Shown here: piece by piece, positions 42,175 to 56,121 of the stretch
Layout: each line of letters starts with the position of its first letter
How positions within the stretch are numbered: position 1 is the first letter of the stretch
Source of the DNA: Octopus sinensis
Lineage: Eukaryota
Reading direction: 5' to 3'
DNA: 64,000 nt
Assembly (NCBI RefSeq): GCF_006345805.1
Contig: NC_043004.1
Coordinates: forward strand, 16,988,001-17,052,000
Notes under the pieces: generated by a model
Database searches by the model: none
Told to the model about the DNA's origin: nothing
The model's input: only the letters and a program-made list of their open reading frames with translations
Position numbers and translations under genes: made by a program

Positions 42175-43162
42175 ATATGTCATATTATATATATATACTT
42201 ATATATATGCATATATATAAAGTATGTGTAGTAAAATAAGTCAAGGAGCATAAAAACAACAATAAACAATGCAACGTTTGATAAATGCGACCAAAAAACT
42301 ATTTTAACAGAAATGGATCTATTTAAAATAAAAATGTATTGAGTTATGTTCACTATAACAATGAAACGTGTTATATTGGATATGGTGTAGAAATATTCTT
42401 TAGTGTTGGTCTTCAAAATGACTAAAGTACTCTTAACATAGAATTTATTCTAAATCATTGGTTCTTGACATAAAATACCACTTTATTGCTAATGTTATAT
42501 GATTTCCCCAACACTTTTTTTTTATATTTTTTCTTGTTGAATAGATTCTTGTGATACTGGTTACAGAATTCTCATTTACATAAGTTTATACGTTCTAAGA
42601 GAGTTGGTAGGTAGTTATCTGTTTTATATGCCTGATTTTGTGTTGTGTCTCGTGTGATGTCTATATCTACCTCAGGTTTTATATTGGTATTATATATTTA
42701 TATTTTATCTCCTACGTACTCCGCTTGATCTAGCTTTTTATTTCACTATTTATATGTATCTTTATACACGTATACATAAATGTATATATACATACATAAG
42801 TATGTATGTATCTATCTATGTATGTATTGTGTTTTAGTGAGTGGAAATTTTACACCGAATGTATGACGTGTGCCTGTGTGTTCCATTGTATTTGTTACTA
42901 TTTATGTGTATGTCTTTGAGTGGCTTGCGTTACAAACTCTGGACATATGATGTCCTCGCAACTAGTAAACTTCTGTCACAAGAGATGTGATACGTTTATG
43001 AGTATGAATGTATGCCTGTGCATGTAAAAATTTATGTATGTGTATATGGATGCATTTGTGAATAGTTATATCTACTCCATGAATACGTATAAATCCTATT
43101 AACGCACATGGCGTAAACCGCGATAACACATACATACAGAGCTAAGACTTAGCAAGTGCTAA

Positions 43163-43288
<126 letters not shown>

Positions 43289-43798
43289 CTGCGGTGTGTG
43301 TATCTACATATAAACAAACAATATATATAAACTATGATTGAATGTAAATAAATATATTTTTATATATGTGTAAATGTGTTGATGTAAATGTAACTAAAAT
43401 ATACTTTTAAGTATATGGACATATGTGAATATGAATGCATATATATACATATGTATGTGTGTGTGTGTCTGTGTATGTATGTGTGTATGTATGTATGTAT
43501 GTATGTATGTATGTATGTATGTATGTATGTGTGTGTGCGTGCGCGTGTGTATGTGTGTGTGTGTGTTTGTGTGCGCGTGCGGTTTGCGCGTAATTGTGCG
43601 TTTCGAGGCATCCTATTGCTCTGTGATCAATATTTATTCTTCAAATCTCAAAAAAAATATACATATATATTGATATATTTTGGTCGCGAGATCTATCCAT
43701 GTTCGTGTCTATCTACAATTTTCAAAAACAATTGTTGCGGACACCGCGAATTCATGCCTCACTTCAACCAGGTATACATACATACATACATACATACA

Positions 43799-43828
<30 letters not shown>

Positions 43829-43830
<2 letters not shown>

Positions 43831-44121
43831 GTGGCGGACTGGCCAGGTTGTCAGCTTGCCCGATGGCAAGTGGGCCGCTGCGTCATTATAATCCATATAA
43901 CTAAAGGGCCCATACCCTAAAGTTTGACAATTTTTTATTCACTCCTGGAAGAGTGCATTAATTATTTCAGCCTGGCCGTGTTTGAAGACAGTTGTAAAGA
44001 ATACTTTTAACAAAAGAAATTAAATGATAGCATTGTAGTTGCGGGTGTGGCCCTATTGTAGTTGCTGGTGGGCCCACTTAGTCTCCTAGCAACTAATATT
44101 TTTAGACTCAGTCCGCCACTG
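43829..44121. mobile_element. hAT-type MITE
   Basis: TIRs tagtggcggactg / cagtccgccactg (12/13); 8-bp TSD catacata / cttacata; non-coding. Confidence 0.8.
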
Positions 44122-44562
44122 CTTACATACACACATGCATACATACATACACTCACAAACATATACATAAACACGCGCACACACAAACACGCACACACAT
44201 ACATACATACATACATACATATATAATACATACATACATACATGCATACATACAGGCATACTTCGCATTTGCCTCCTATCCAACGAATATAGCAACTTTA
44301 TGATGGGTTTTCGACTAACTCTCCAACTGCTTTTTCGTGCATTCCTATATGCCCCCCTACCCCGTCTCCTATGACCTACAACTCTTGTTTTGACGCGTTT
44401 GGTTTTTGGTCTTGTTTTTGGACTTTATCTTGCTTAGTCCACCGCATGATCGTTCATGACTAATTAATCCCGTTTTTTTTTTATAAGAACTGGCAAAATA
44501 CCCATGAATCCTCCATCACGAGGCAATTGTTCTCGCTTTAGAATAAACAAATTCATTACAAA

Positions 44563-44715
44563 TACGAGGGGATACGTTAATGATGATTTTATCCAACATT
44601 ATCCCCTCAGATTCACACACTTATAGCAGCGATCCTTCAGTTTTTCTAAGCCTTGTAAAAGAACTCGAAAGTTGGCCCTTTCGTGATACCCTTAAAACCA
44701 GGACCTTCTCAGCAC
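44563..44715. mobile_element. Mariner-type MITE remnant, same family as 59430-59630
   Basis: tacgagggg start; shared cagattcacacacttat.gcagcg..cagtttttctaagcctt.taaaag..acccttaaa.ccag.acctt.tcag. Confidence 0.6.
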
Positions 44716-44726
44716 ACATACATACA

Positions 44727-45000
44727 TATTCATACCAATGATAATTGGAGCACTAAGTTTTGTTAGTAAATGCTTAAAGAAGAATCTGGATAAACTGGGA
44801 TTTTCAGAAAGAGAAATTGACCCGCTGATTCGTACAAGTTAAATCTGTGAGAGGAACAGTAAAAATATGCAAGACTTTTCTCAAGTTCCAAATGTGAATT
44901 TGTCTGTGTTAATTACATCCCAAAGATGGAGACTTGTATCCTTGTTGGAAACCGGCTCCCTCCTCAGTGGAAGATTCATTATAATTTAAAAATAGAAGAG
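44727..45000 (+). mobile_element. Dong/R4-like LINE 3' end, copy 1, ending in (CATA)n
   Basis: Paralogous to 45720-45985 (ataattggagcactaagttttg..ttccaaatgtgaatttgtctgtgtt..cctcagtggaaga). Confidence 0.8.
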
Positions 45001-45239
45001 ACATGCATACATACATACATACATATACATACATACATACATACATACATACATACATACATACATGCATACATACATACATACATACGTACATACATAC
45101 ATACATACATACATGCATACATACGTACATACATACATACATACATACATACATACATACATACATACATACATACATACATACATACATACATACATAC
45201 ATACATACATACATACATACATACATACATACATACATG

Positions 45240-45985
45240 GAGTAAAGTATGTCTGAAATGAGGCTCTTAGAGAGAGAACGGAAATCCTTAATTCATAGGC
45301 TACAAATGACCACGATACATGGGACTATAAAATCACATTACGCATGTGATTAGCAGCTGTCCTAAAATGCCGTTATGATACTACTTCCCTATACAGCAAG
45401 ATGTTGCTAAAATAATTTACAATGCCATCTGCAAAGAAGACTGTCCTGAAATAAACTTAGAAAATCCCTCTGTTATGGAATACATTCCTAAACACCAACA
45501 CAAGGAATACTGGTGGAATATTCCCATCAAAACTTCTCTCAAATGTAAGCCTAACAGGCCGGATATTGTTGTTTGTGACAGAGAGACAAAGGTATGTACC
45601 ATCATAGAGGTTAGCAGCCCTGCAGATTTAAATATCTTTTTGAAAATCAAACAAAAAGATGATATCTATGGACGACTGCTTCGAAATCTCCAGCTTCTAT
45701 ATCCAGACTATGTATTCATATTCATGCCAATACTAATTGGAGCATTAGGTTTTGTTCGTAAATGCTTAAAGGAAAATCTGAAGAAACTAAGATTTTCAGA
45801 AAAAATAACTGACCGACTGAATCGTACTTTACAAGTCTAATCTGTGAGTGGAACAGTAAAAATATACAAGTTCCAAATGTGAATTTGTCTGTGTTAACTA
45901 CATCCCAATGATGGAGCCTTGTATCTTTGTTGGAAACCGGTTCCCTCCTCAGTGGAAGACATATAATAATTAAAGAATAGAAGAG
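45240..45985 (+). mobile_element. Dong/R4-like LINE 3' end with PD-(D/E)xK endonuclease, copy 2
   Basis: HVISSC (end of zinc knuckle)..EYWWNIPIKT..NRPDIVVCDRETKVCTIIEVSSP..IFMPILIGALG; flanked by (CATA)n. Confidence 0.85.
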
Positions 45986-46090
45986 ACATACATATATACA
46001 TACATACATACATGCATACATACATACATACATACATACATACATACATACATACATACATACATACATACATACATACATACATACATA

Positions 46091-46192
46091 GCCTGTTGTT
46101 GATGTTGAAATTGCAATGAAGGAGCCTTGGATTTAGGTTAGAAACTGGCTCTTTCCCTATTGGTAAGAAATCTTGAAATAAAACGGAAAATG
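46091..46192 (+). mobile_element. Short LINE 3' UTR between (CATA)n tracts
   Basis: atgaaggagccttggatttaggttagaaactggctc resembles atgatggagccttgtatctttgttggaaaccggttc of copy 2. Confidence 0.55.
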
Positions 46193-47977
46193 ACATACAT
46201 ACATACATGCATACATACATACATGCATACATACATACATACATACATACATACATGCATGCATACCACATACATGCATACATACATACATGCATACATA
46301 CATACATACATGCATACATACATACATGCATACATACATACATACATACATACATACATACATACATACATACATACATACATACATACATACATACGTA
46401 CATACATACATACATACATACATACATACATACATACATACATGTAGATATGACTGGCTCACGCTCAGTTTTCACCTACCTAGTTCTGCTCTCAAGGTCA
46501 ACCAAATCTACAAGTCGCTGCACGAAGGGATCGAATCCAGACCCAATTGTTGCAACGTTAACATTTTAAGAAACGTATATACACCTACCAGCTGTTATAT
46601 GACGTCATATTATTATGATAAACAAGAATTAATATTCTAATTAGGGAGAGATGTCAGTCGCAGCAAACAATATCTGATGAGGGAGTGTGTTGGTGTTGTG
46701 TATGTGTTCTCTTTCACACACACACACATAAATATATATATATATGTGCGACGCGTGTGTCTGTGTACATACATACATACATACAGACAGACAGACAGAC
46801 AGACAGACACTTAACTCGATGGATAATTTTTTTCATCCTGCCCTTTGTCTACATCCTCTTTCTTTCCCTCCTCACCTCCTAATCATTATCATCTACATTG
46901 CCATTATCATCCTCGTTGACGTCAGTGTCATAATCATTATAATAAACATTATTTTTGTAACAATGTCTGTTAATATTGCTTATTGCTGCTTTTATTAATT
47001 ATGAGTAATTACCAAGTAAAAACCAGTTACGAGAAAATTTGCCGTAGTCTACATCAAAATAGTTCGCACAAATTTGGATAAATTCATCTGCCGATAGGAG
47101 AATGAAGTTTTTTCAGCAACGAGTTTCATCAAAAATAGTAAAAACGTTTCTACTCAGAGAATATGACTTTGATGAAAATGGTCTGCAACAAAGATATAAC
47201 GAAGCGGTAGATGTTATATCTCTCTAACTGAGAGAACACAACCTCACAACCTCCTTTTCTCTCTGATGTTAAGGTGTTGCTCGACACATTATTCTCGTCT
47301 TCGAAATTTTACAAACTTTGTTGTAGGTAATTAACTTAGTTAAGGTGTTGCATTCCTGAGGAATATTATCAGAGAGCAGAGTAGCTGCAGAGGTTCCACA
47401 CTTACATATGTTTGTTGTTTGCGTTCAAGTGAGTTTCAATAAAACCATTTGAATAGTATTTTGCGAGTGTGGTTGGTGAAGAGATTGACAGAGCAGCAAA
47501 TTCACAATAATACATTGATGGGAAGTAACAACGAACGTCACTCATTCAAATTTCAGCTCGTATCTTTGACCTTAGTTCTTCCTATATATCCACCTCATTC
47601 CAGTCTCCATTGTCCACGATTGACCAAATAGCTTTTTCAAATGCCTTTCATCTTTATCCTTTAAAATACATTTTATTTATTTATTTATTTATTTATTTAC
47701 ATGTTCATTTTTTACTTTTCTTTTTGATTCATCCATTCATTCATATATTTATCCACCATATATATTCCATCATTTTGGCTTATTTATTTATTTAAGAATT
47801 TTTTTTTTTCTGTTTATGTAAGCATTCACTTTATATATTCTCTCACCTTTTATTTATCGTTTCAATTATACGTTTATTCATCTATATATTTACTTACTTT
47901 ATACATTCCTTTATATCATTTCCGCTTTACTCTCATTTATCTCGCCACACCGTTCCCCTATATCGAATCCATTTAAC

Positions 47978-48390
47978 AGGCGCTGGCATAGCTGTTTGGT
48001 TAAGAATCTCGCTTTGCAGCTACGTAGTTTAGAGTTCAGTCTCACTGCGCGACACCTTGGGCAAGTACCTTTTGCTATTCTGCAGGGTTCATCATTGCCT
48101 TGTGAATAAATTTGAGTGCTGGAACCTGTCTGGAAGCTACTCCTATAAGTGTGAGCGTCTTTGTGCCTGTATTCGTACCCTCCACCCACACTACTTGACA
48201 AGTGGTGTTGGCTTGTTGGTTTGTTGGCTTGCTGGCTTGTTTACATCCAAGTAATATAACACATCCGCAAAAGAGACAGATAGAATTAGTAGCATACTTT
48301 GAAAATAAGTACTGGGCCGATTTGTTAAACTAAACCCTTCAAGGCGCTACCTCAGCATGTCCGCAGTTGAGTGACTGAAATATGTAAAAG
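47978..48390 (+). mobile_element. SINE family A, diverged
   Basis: caggcgctggcatagctgtttggttaag..caccttgggcaagt..gtgactgaaatatgtaaaag. Confidence 0.8.
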
Positions 48391-48700
48391 AAAGGATAAA
48401 ATATTTTAGGTAAACCACTCTAATTCTCCTTACAACACTTCAAAGAATTCTTTTCTCGTCTTATTACCTCCTATCATCATATCATTGAAAATGTATTAGT
48501 CTATCAGCCTTTTCCACAAAGCAATTGACCATGTCCGCAAATACAAATCAACTAGTCTCGTTCAAAACCATTTGAACAAAAGCATATTTCAATGAGGATC
48601 GACTACAGCTAATCCGCTCTCGGATACATCCTTCAGCAATGCAACAGAAGTTCTCCTGTGATAGCCACTGATCTTTACTGTCAATATATCTGTTTGATGA

Positions 48701-49265
48701 AGGCAGCGAGCTGGCAGAAACGTTAGCACGCCGGGCGAAATGCCTAGCGGTATTTCGTCTGCCGCTACGTCCTGAGTTCAAATTCCGCCGAAGTCGACTT
48801 TGCCTTTCATCCTTTCGAGGTCGATTAAATAAGTACCAGTTACGCACTTGGGTCAATATAATCGACTTAATCCGTTTGTCTGTTCTTGTTTGTCCCTTCT
48901 GTGTTTAGGCCCTTGTGGGTAGTAAATAAATAGGTATTTCGTTTGTCTTTACGTTCTGAGTTCAAATTCCGCCGAGGTAGACTTTGCCTTTCATCGTTTC
49001 GTGATCGATAAATTAAGTACTAGTTGCGTACTGGGGTCGATCTAATAGACTGGCCCCCTCCCAAAATATTTCGGGCCTTGTGTCTAGAGTAGAAAAGAAT
49101 CGTTAGCACGCCGGGCAAATTGCATCGCAGCATTTTGTCTGTCTTTATGTTCTGAGTTCAAATTCCAACGCGGTCGATAAAATAAGTACCAGTTGAACAC
49201 TGGGTCAACCTAAGCAATTAGCCACCTCCCTTGAACTTGCTGTCCTTCTGCCAAAATTTGGAACC
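48701..49265 (+). mobile_element. SINE family B dimer plus a further partial copy
   Basis: ggcagcgagctggcagaaacgttagcacgccgggcgaaatg; core repeated at ~48930 and ~49100. Confidence 0.88.
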
Positions 49266-49407
49266 AATATATCTTCTTAATACGCTGATATGTTAATTTA
49301 ATTAGGATTTCCTCCATTTCTAACGGATTTCTAACTATATATAGAGATAGATTTATAACTAAATATATATGTGTCTACGTATATGTGTGTATAGATAGAT
49401 AGATAGT

Positions 49408-49511
<104 letters not shown>

Positions 49512-49869
49512 AACAGACATATCGAAAAGTAATAGATACCACCTCATTATCCCGGTCTATCTGCACGGACACTACTCATTAGCGCAATGTCCAAAAGGGT
49601 TAAATCACTAAAACCCGCTGGAGATATGTCTACTGCATTCTAGATAATAATTTAAATGCCTCAAATGACATTATTTTGTTTCTAGAAATATTTTTTTTTC
49701 AAAAATACACATATATATACGTGTGTGTGTGTTTGTGTGTGTGTGAACGTATATGTATCAATTAAATCAAAAACAGAACACAAAGGATATCGCGGTACAC
49801 GTGTTTAAAGCTTCATAAACAACTCGTTCTTACATCAGTATATATATGTGTGTGTGTGTGTATGTGTGT

Positions 49870-49902
<33 letters not shown>

Positions 49903-50039
49903 AGTGTGTGTGTTGTGTGTGTGTGAACGTATATGTATCAATTAAATCAAAAACAGAACACAAAGGATATCGCGGTACACGTGTTTCAAGCTTCATAAAC
50001 AACTCGTTCTTACATCAGTATATATATGTGTGTGTGTGT

Positions 50040-50123
<84 letters not shown>

Positions 50124-50239
50124 TGTGTGTGTCTGTGTAATTAAAACTCAGTTGAATTAAGTACTTAAATTGAGGGTCCTTGCGAGTTCGACAGAATCTG
50201 CACACCCCAATAATATTATTTTAATATTGACTATTAAGA

Positions 50240-50670
50240 CACCATGTAGGAGTAGTTAGTAAACAGTTTATCACATTTGTTTACCAAAGTCGATATGGTT
50301 GCCCAAAACAGGAGTAAGTTGTGAATGACGAGAAATGGGATGGAGTTTGGGAACTAGTAGCAGATTTTGGAGGCTATGAGCGCCTTTTCCCTATACCAAC
50401 AAAAAAGAAGCGGATATGACAATATGGTGTGAGGAACGTAAAGTAATCACCTTCTTCAGTTAACTGTTCCACATGAAAACAATATAGATGCAGCTCAGGT
50501 TGGGAAAGACGAGCGATAGGAGATGCTACGAGAAGATTGTACAGATGCAGCTCGGAATGGAGTACACTTCATGTAGAAGTTAGATAGTAGCAGTTTTATT
50601 GAAACAGAGTAAAACGGTGACTTCTATCAACTGGGTTAAAAATCGGAAAGAAAACGCTTTCTTGAAAGAG
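50240..50670 (+). mobile_element. HERO/NeSL-like RLE LINE endonuclease relic, copy 1 (frameshifted)
   Basis: Same as 51980-52400 with single-base deletions. Confidence 0.65.
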
Positions 50671-51790
50671 ATAAATTTCGCCCGGCGTGCTAACGTTTCT
50701 GCCAGCTCGCCGTCTTAGTCAGGCAATATTTTATTAATGGTATATAATAGGTTAGAATGGTACCGTCGGTTCGTGCTGTCTATTGTAACTGACAATGTTG
50801 ACGATTTTTTAGATATGTTAACCGGAACACTGTGGCCAGCTATACGCCATATCCAATAATTTACAACATTAAGAAACATAATTGCCATATTTCTCATATA
50901 GAGTGTGCTGCTTTTCTGACTTATGGGCAACTAACTGATTATATGTGTATGAAAGACAAGAAGGCAACTATTTATTTGGCTGTTGCTTCATACTCACACA
51001 TTACTTCTATGTTTTGAAAATATAATGAATATATAATTTTAATGGTGAACTGTATAATAATATCGACGAAATACAACATAACTCAGATCCGTAAATATCT
51101 TAGTATATTTCTCTAACACACCGAATCTGGAAAATAGTGATTACAGATGAAATTGCATTTTCATTAAATAATTCTTCGATTTTATTTTGCATTTTGTTTC
51201 GGTTTTTGTTGCGTATTTTTGCTGGTGTCTTTTAAATCTGCTAAAAATTGCTGACAGGATATCAATGGCTTCGGACCTACAGATTAAACATTATAGCTAT
51301 TTTTTTTTTTAATTTGAAATTAAGACACGCGTAATAAAAACAATAACAAAAACATGTGTATTTTATTTGAAATTCAAAACATGAATGGAATTAACCCAGA
51401 CAGTCACGTTTATACGTCTGTTTCATCACTTTTCCCAGAGGTGGTGATGTTTCTATTTTCTAGCTTCTTTTTTCTATATTCATAAAAGATGGAGTCGGCT
51501 GTTTAAAAACAGTGTCTGTGTGTGTATGTTTGTACATTTTTTAGGTATATCGTTGTATGTGTGCATGTATTTTAGTTTGTGTATGTGAGTGTATGTATGC
51601 ATGTCTGTGTGTGTGTGTATGTGTGTGTGTGTGTGTGCGTGTGTGTGTGTGTTGTGTGTGTGTGAACGTATATGTATCAATTAAATCAAAAACAGAACAC
51701 AAAGGATATCGCGGTACACGTGTTTCAAGCTTCATAAACAACTCGTTCTTACATCAGTATATATATGTGTGTGTGTGTGTGTATGTGTGT

Positions 51791-51845
<55 letters not shown>

Positions 51846-51979
51846 TGTGTGTGTCTGTGTAATTAAAACTCAGTTGAATTAAGTACTTAAATTGAGGGTC
51901 CTTGCGAGTTCGACAGAATCTGCACACCCCAATAATATTATTTTAATATTGACTATTAAGACACCATGTAGGAGTAGTT

Positions 51980-52400
51980 AGTAAACAGTTTATCACATTT
52001 GTTTACCAAAGTCGATATGGTTGCCCAAAACAGGAGTAAGTTGTGAATGACGAGAAATGGGATGGAGTTTGGGAACTAGTAGCAGATTTTGGAGGCTATG
52101 AGCGCCTTTTCCCTATACCAACAAAAAAGAAGCCGGATATGACAATATGGTGTGAGGAACGTAAAGTAATTCACCTTCTTCAGTTAACTGTTCCACATGA
52201 AAACAATATAGATGCAGCTCAGGTTGGGAAAGACGAGCGATAGGAGATGCTACGAGAAGATTGTACAGATGCAGCTCGGAATGGAGTACACTTTCATGTA
52301 GAAGTTAGATAGTAGCAGTTTTATTGGAAACAGAGTAAAACGGTGACTTCTATCAACTGGGTTAAAAATCGGAAAGAAAACGCTTTCTTGAAAGAGATAA
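51980..52400 (+). mobile_element. HERO/NeSL-like RLE LINE endonuclease relic, copy 2
   Basis: WELVADF..KKPDMTIWCEERKVIHLLQLTVPHENNIDAAQVGKDER*..HFHVEV, matching the RPD..ELTVPWE..VEVG pattern. Confidence 0.7.
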
Positions 52401-54363
52401 ATTTCGCCCGGCGTGCTAACGTTTCTGCCAGCTCGCCGTCTTAGTCAGGCAATATTTTATTAATGGTATATAATAGGTTAGAATGGTACCGTCGGTTTCG
52501 TGCTGTCTATTGTAACTGACAATGTTGACGATTTTTTAGATATGTTAACCGGAACACTGTGGCCAGCTATACGCCATATCCAATAATTTACAACATTAAG
52601 AAACATAATTGCCATATTTCTCATATAGAGTGTGCTGCTTTTCTGACTTATGGGCAACTAACTGATTATATGTGTATGAAAGACAAGAAGGCAACTATTT
52701 ATTTGGCTGTTGCTTCATACTCACACATTACTTCTATGTTTTGAAAATATAATGAATATATAATTTTAATGGTGAACTGTATAATAATATCGACGAAATA
52801 CAACATAACTCAGATCCGTAAATATCTTAGTATATTTCTCTAACACACCGAATCTGGAAAATAGTGATTACAGATGAAATTGCATTTTCATTAAATAATT
52901 CTTCGATTTTATTTTGCATTTTGTTTCGGTTTTTGTTGCGTATTTTTGCTGGTGTCTTTTAAATCTGCTAAAAATTGCTGACAGGATATCAATGGCTTCG
53001 GACCTACAGATTAAACATTATAGCTATTTTTTTTTTTTAATTTGAAATTAAGACACGCGTAATAAAAACAATAACAAAAACATGTGTATTTTATTTGAAA
53101 TTCAAAACATGAATTGGAATTAACCCAGACAGTCACGTTTATACGTCTGTTTCATCACTTTTCCCAGAGGTGGTGATGTTTCTATTTTCTAGCTTCTTTT
53201 TTCTATATTTCATAAAAGATGGAGTCGGCTGTTTAAAAACAGTGTCTGTGTGTGTATGTTTGTACATTTTTTAGGTATATCGTTGTATGTGTGCATGTAT
53301 TTTAGTTTGTGTATGTGAGTGTATGTATGCATGTCTGTGTGTGTGTGTATGTGTGTGTGTGTGTGTGCGTGTGTGTGTGTGTGTGTAGTGGCATGGGACG
53401 GAACAGTAAGTGGCCACTGTAGCTGGACTCTATGAATAATTATCAAGAGACAAAAACAAATAAACTAAAACCTCGAGAGGAGACATGTCTGTTAACTAAA
53501 ATATGGCAAGTAATTGGTCGCCTTCGAAGTTGTGTGGTAGAAATCATTGTTTTAAATCATCGATCTTTGGTCGATCGTCACAGCTGGATGAAATGAAACC
53601 CAGATAAAAAAAAATGTTTAAAAATAACTACTATATAACATAGCAAGAAGTGTGAAAAGCTATGTATTTTTATTAGATTTCCATTGATTACGTCGGTGAA
53701 CTATATTTGTTGTTGTTGTATTGTCGTTTATGTCGTTGTTGTTGTTGTGTTGTTGTTGATGTTTTTATTTTCCATAGGCTTGGAACCATTGAATGATAAA
53801 AAGAACATTATCAATGAATATTCGTTATGTTGGGTGAATAAAGAACTGTCGAGAGTCTGCTGTAATGGCATCACACATTATCAGGAAGTAATGATACTAC
53901 TTTTTCGACTAAATACTGACAACAACACACTAATGGTATGACGTATTATATTAGAGCAACGATACTAGCACGGTTGCCAAAAGTATTTGATACAAATAAT
54001 AATAATATAATAGTAATGACACGAAATGGAACAGTTATGATATTCGTGCACAGTAAACACTATTCGAAATCGTAATATCAGAGACATATTTTGTTTGCAA
54101 TATAATCATATCGTTTACTATAGCACCAGTACGATACCATTCAAGAGTGTAATACCGTTTTGCAATGTGGTACTTTTATGAAGATATATCACGTCAACAG
54201 AAGTGTATCGTTCAGTATAAGATAATACAGCATAAAGTTCATTCATCATCACAATGCTATACGGTGTAGTAACAGAGAGACACAAGAACTCAATATTTAA
54301 AGCATAAATTATGTATCTTAATATATACATATACACTCACATACATAATTATATTTATATATA

Positions 54364-54394
<31 letters not shown>

Positions 54395-54414
54395 CTCTTT
54401 TTACTCTTTTACTC

Positions 54415-54610
54415 TTTTACCTGTTTCAGTCATTTGACTGTGGCCATGCCCATGCTGGAGTACCGCCTTTAGTCGAGCAAATCGACTCCAGGACTTATTC
54501 TTTGTAAGCCTAGTAATTATTCTATCCGTCTCTTTGCCAAACCGCTAAGTTACGGGAATGTAAACACGCCAGCATCGGTTGTCAAGCGATGAAGGGGGGA
54601 CAAACACAAA
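54415..54610 (-). mobile_element. SINE family A, 3' half
   Basis: tgtttcagtcatttgactgtggcc..ccagcatcggttgtcaagcgat. Confidence 0.85.
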
Positions 54611-54924
54611 CACACAAACATATATACACACACATCTCTGCGAGTTTATATTGCTGTCTCTTTACTCTTTTGTGTACAGGACTTAAATATCTGCTTGTCT
54701 TTTGTCCATCCACCCATGGAGTCGCTGTTGACAGCTGTTAGATGAAGAGACTTGGACACTTCCCGTGTCCATCATGGATTTTGCCGAGTCCCAAAACATT
54801 TGCTTTTTTATGATAACAGACTCAGGCTTGTACTCAGGGAACAGGGACACATACCAAATTCAATGGCTTATTTACATACATGCATACATATATGTGTCTC
54901 TCTCTTTTTTTTTCTCTCTTTTAT

Positions 54925-55256
54925 TTGTTTCAGTCATTTGACTGCGGCCATGCTGGATCACCGCCTTCTAGTCGAGTAAATCGACCCCAGGACTTATTCT
55001 TTGTAAGCCTAGTACTTATTCTATCAGTCTCTTTTGCTGAACCGCTAAGTTACGGAAACATAAACACACCAGCATCGGTTGTCAAGCAATGGTGGAGGGA
55101 CGAACACAGACACACAAACATATACACACATACATATATATACATACGACGGGCTTCTTCCAGTTACCGTCTACCAAATCCACTCACAAGGCTTTGGTCG
55201 GCCCGAGGCTATAGTAGAAGACACTTGCCCAAGGTGCCACGCAGTGGGAATGAACC
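54925..55256 (-). mobile_element. SINE family A
   Basis: tgtttcagtcatttgactgcggcc..cacttgcccaaggtgccacgcagtggga. Confidence 0.9.
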
Positions 55257-55305
55257 AATGTGTAAACATATTCTTTTATGTATATATGTATGTGTATACA
55301 TACAC

Positions 55306-55415
<110 letters not shown>

Positions 55416-55550
55416 GCGTCTCCATCGCCTCCATCTTTTATTCTCTACATCAGTGGCATGGAACGAATATATTTACGTTATTATCTTACCCACAGTAAGG
55501 TTTTCCAATATTTTACGTTTATTTCATTTTTTCTGATTTATGCAGTTTTG

Positions 55551-56121
55551 TATTAGGTTGTCCGGAAAGTTCGTACCGATTTATAGTAGCTTACACTTCG
55601 ACTTATTTTAGAATATGGTTGAGTCCAATAAAATAGGATTTGACTACACCTCCATTTAGAGCACAGTTTAAGCTATCTTTTCGTGGAAGAAGGTTTATGT
55701 TCCTATAACTTGTGTTAATTCTGTAACCCTTTAAACTGAAAGATAAGAAAGTTCATTTTCAGCACTTGATACTTTGGAAACCAGACAAAAATTACTGCAG
55801 CTCGGCTGGGATGTGTTACCCCACCCTCCATATTCACCAGATATTACTCCTTCGGATTTCCAATTATTCGGGTCTCTGCAGAATAGTCTTAATGGTAAAA
55901 ATTTGAATTCCTTAGATGACGTAAAAAGATACCTTGATAAATTCTTTGCCATGAAAGCACCTCAATTCTGGGAAGAGGGTATTTTCAAGTTAAAGGAAAG
56001 ATGGAGACGCATTGTGCAACAAAATGGTACATATTTTGTTAATTAAATAATGTAATAGCAAGTATTTATTGACCTTTTTCTTTCCTTTAAAAATCGGCAC
56101 GAACTTTCCGACAACCCAATA
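55551..56121 (+). mobile_element. Internally deleted mariner with both TIRs
   Basis: TIRs tattaggttgtccggaaagttcgtaccgattt / aaatcggcacgaactttccgacaacccaata (TA ends); retains the C-terminal ORF LGWDVLPHPPYSPDITPSDFQLF..RWRRIVQQNGTYF. Confidence 0.92.

Larger units (their letters stand above)
49915..53385. repeat. Near-identical ~1.73-kb tandem duplication (plus an extra ~180-bp partial unit at 49735-49915)
   Basis: 50140-51660 matches 51860-53385; identical ORFs at 50832 and 52559 (offset 1727). Confidence 0.95.
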
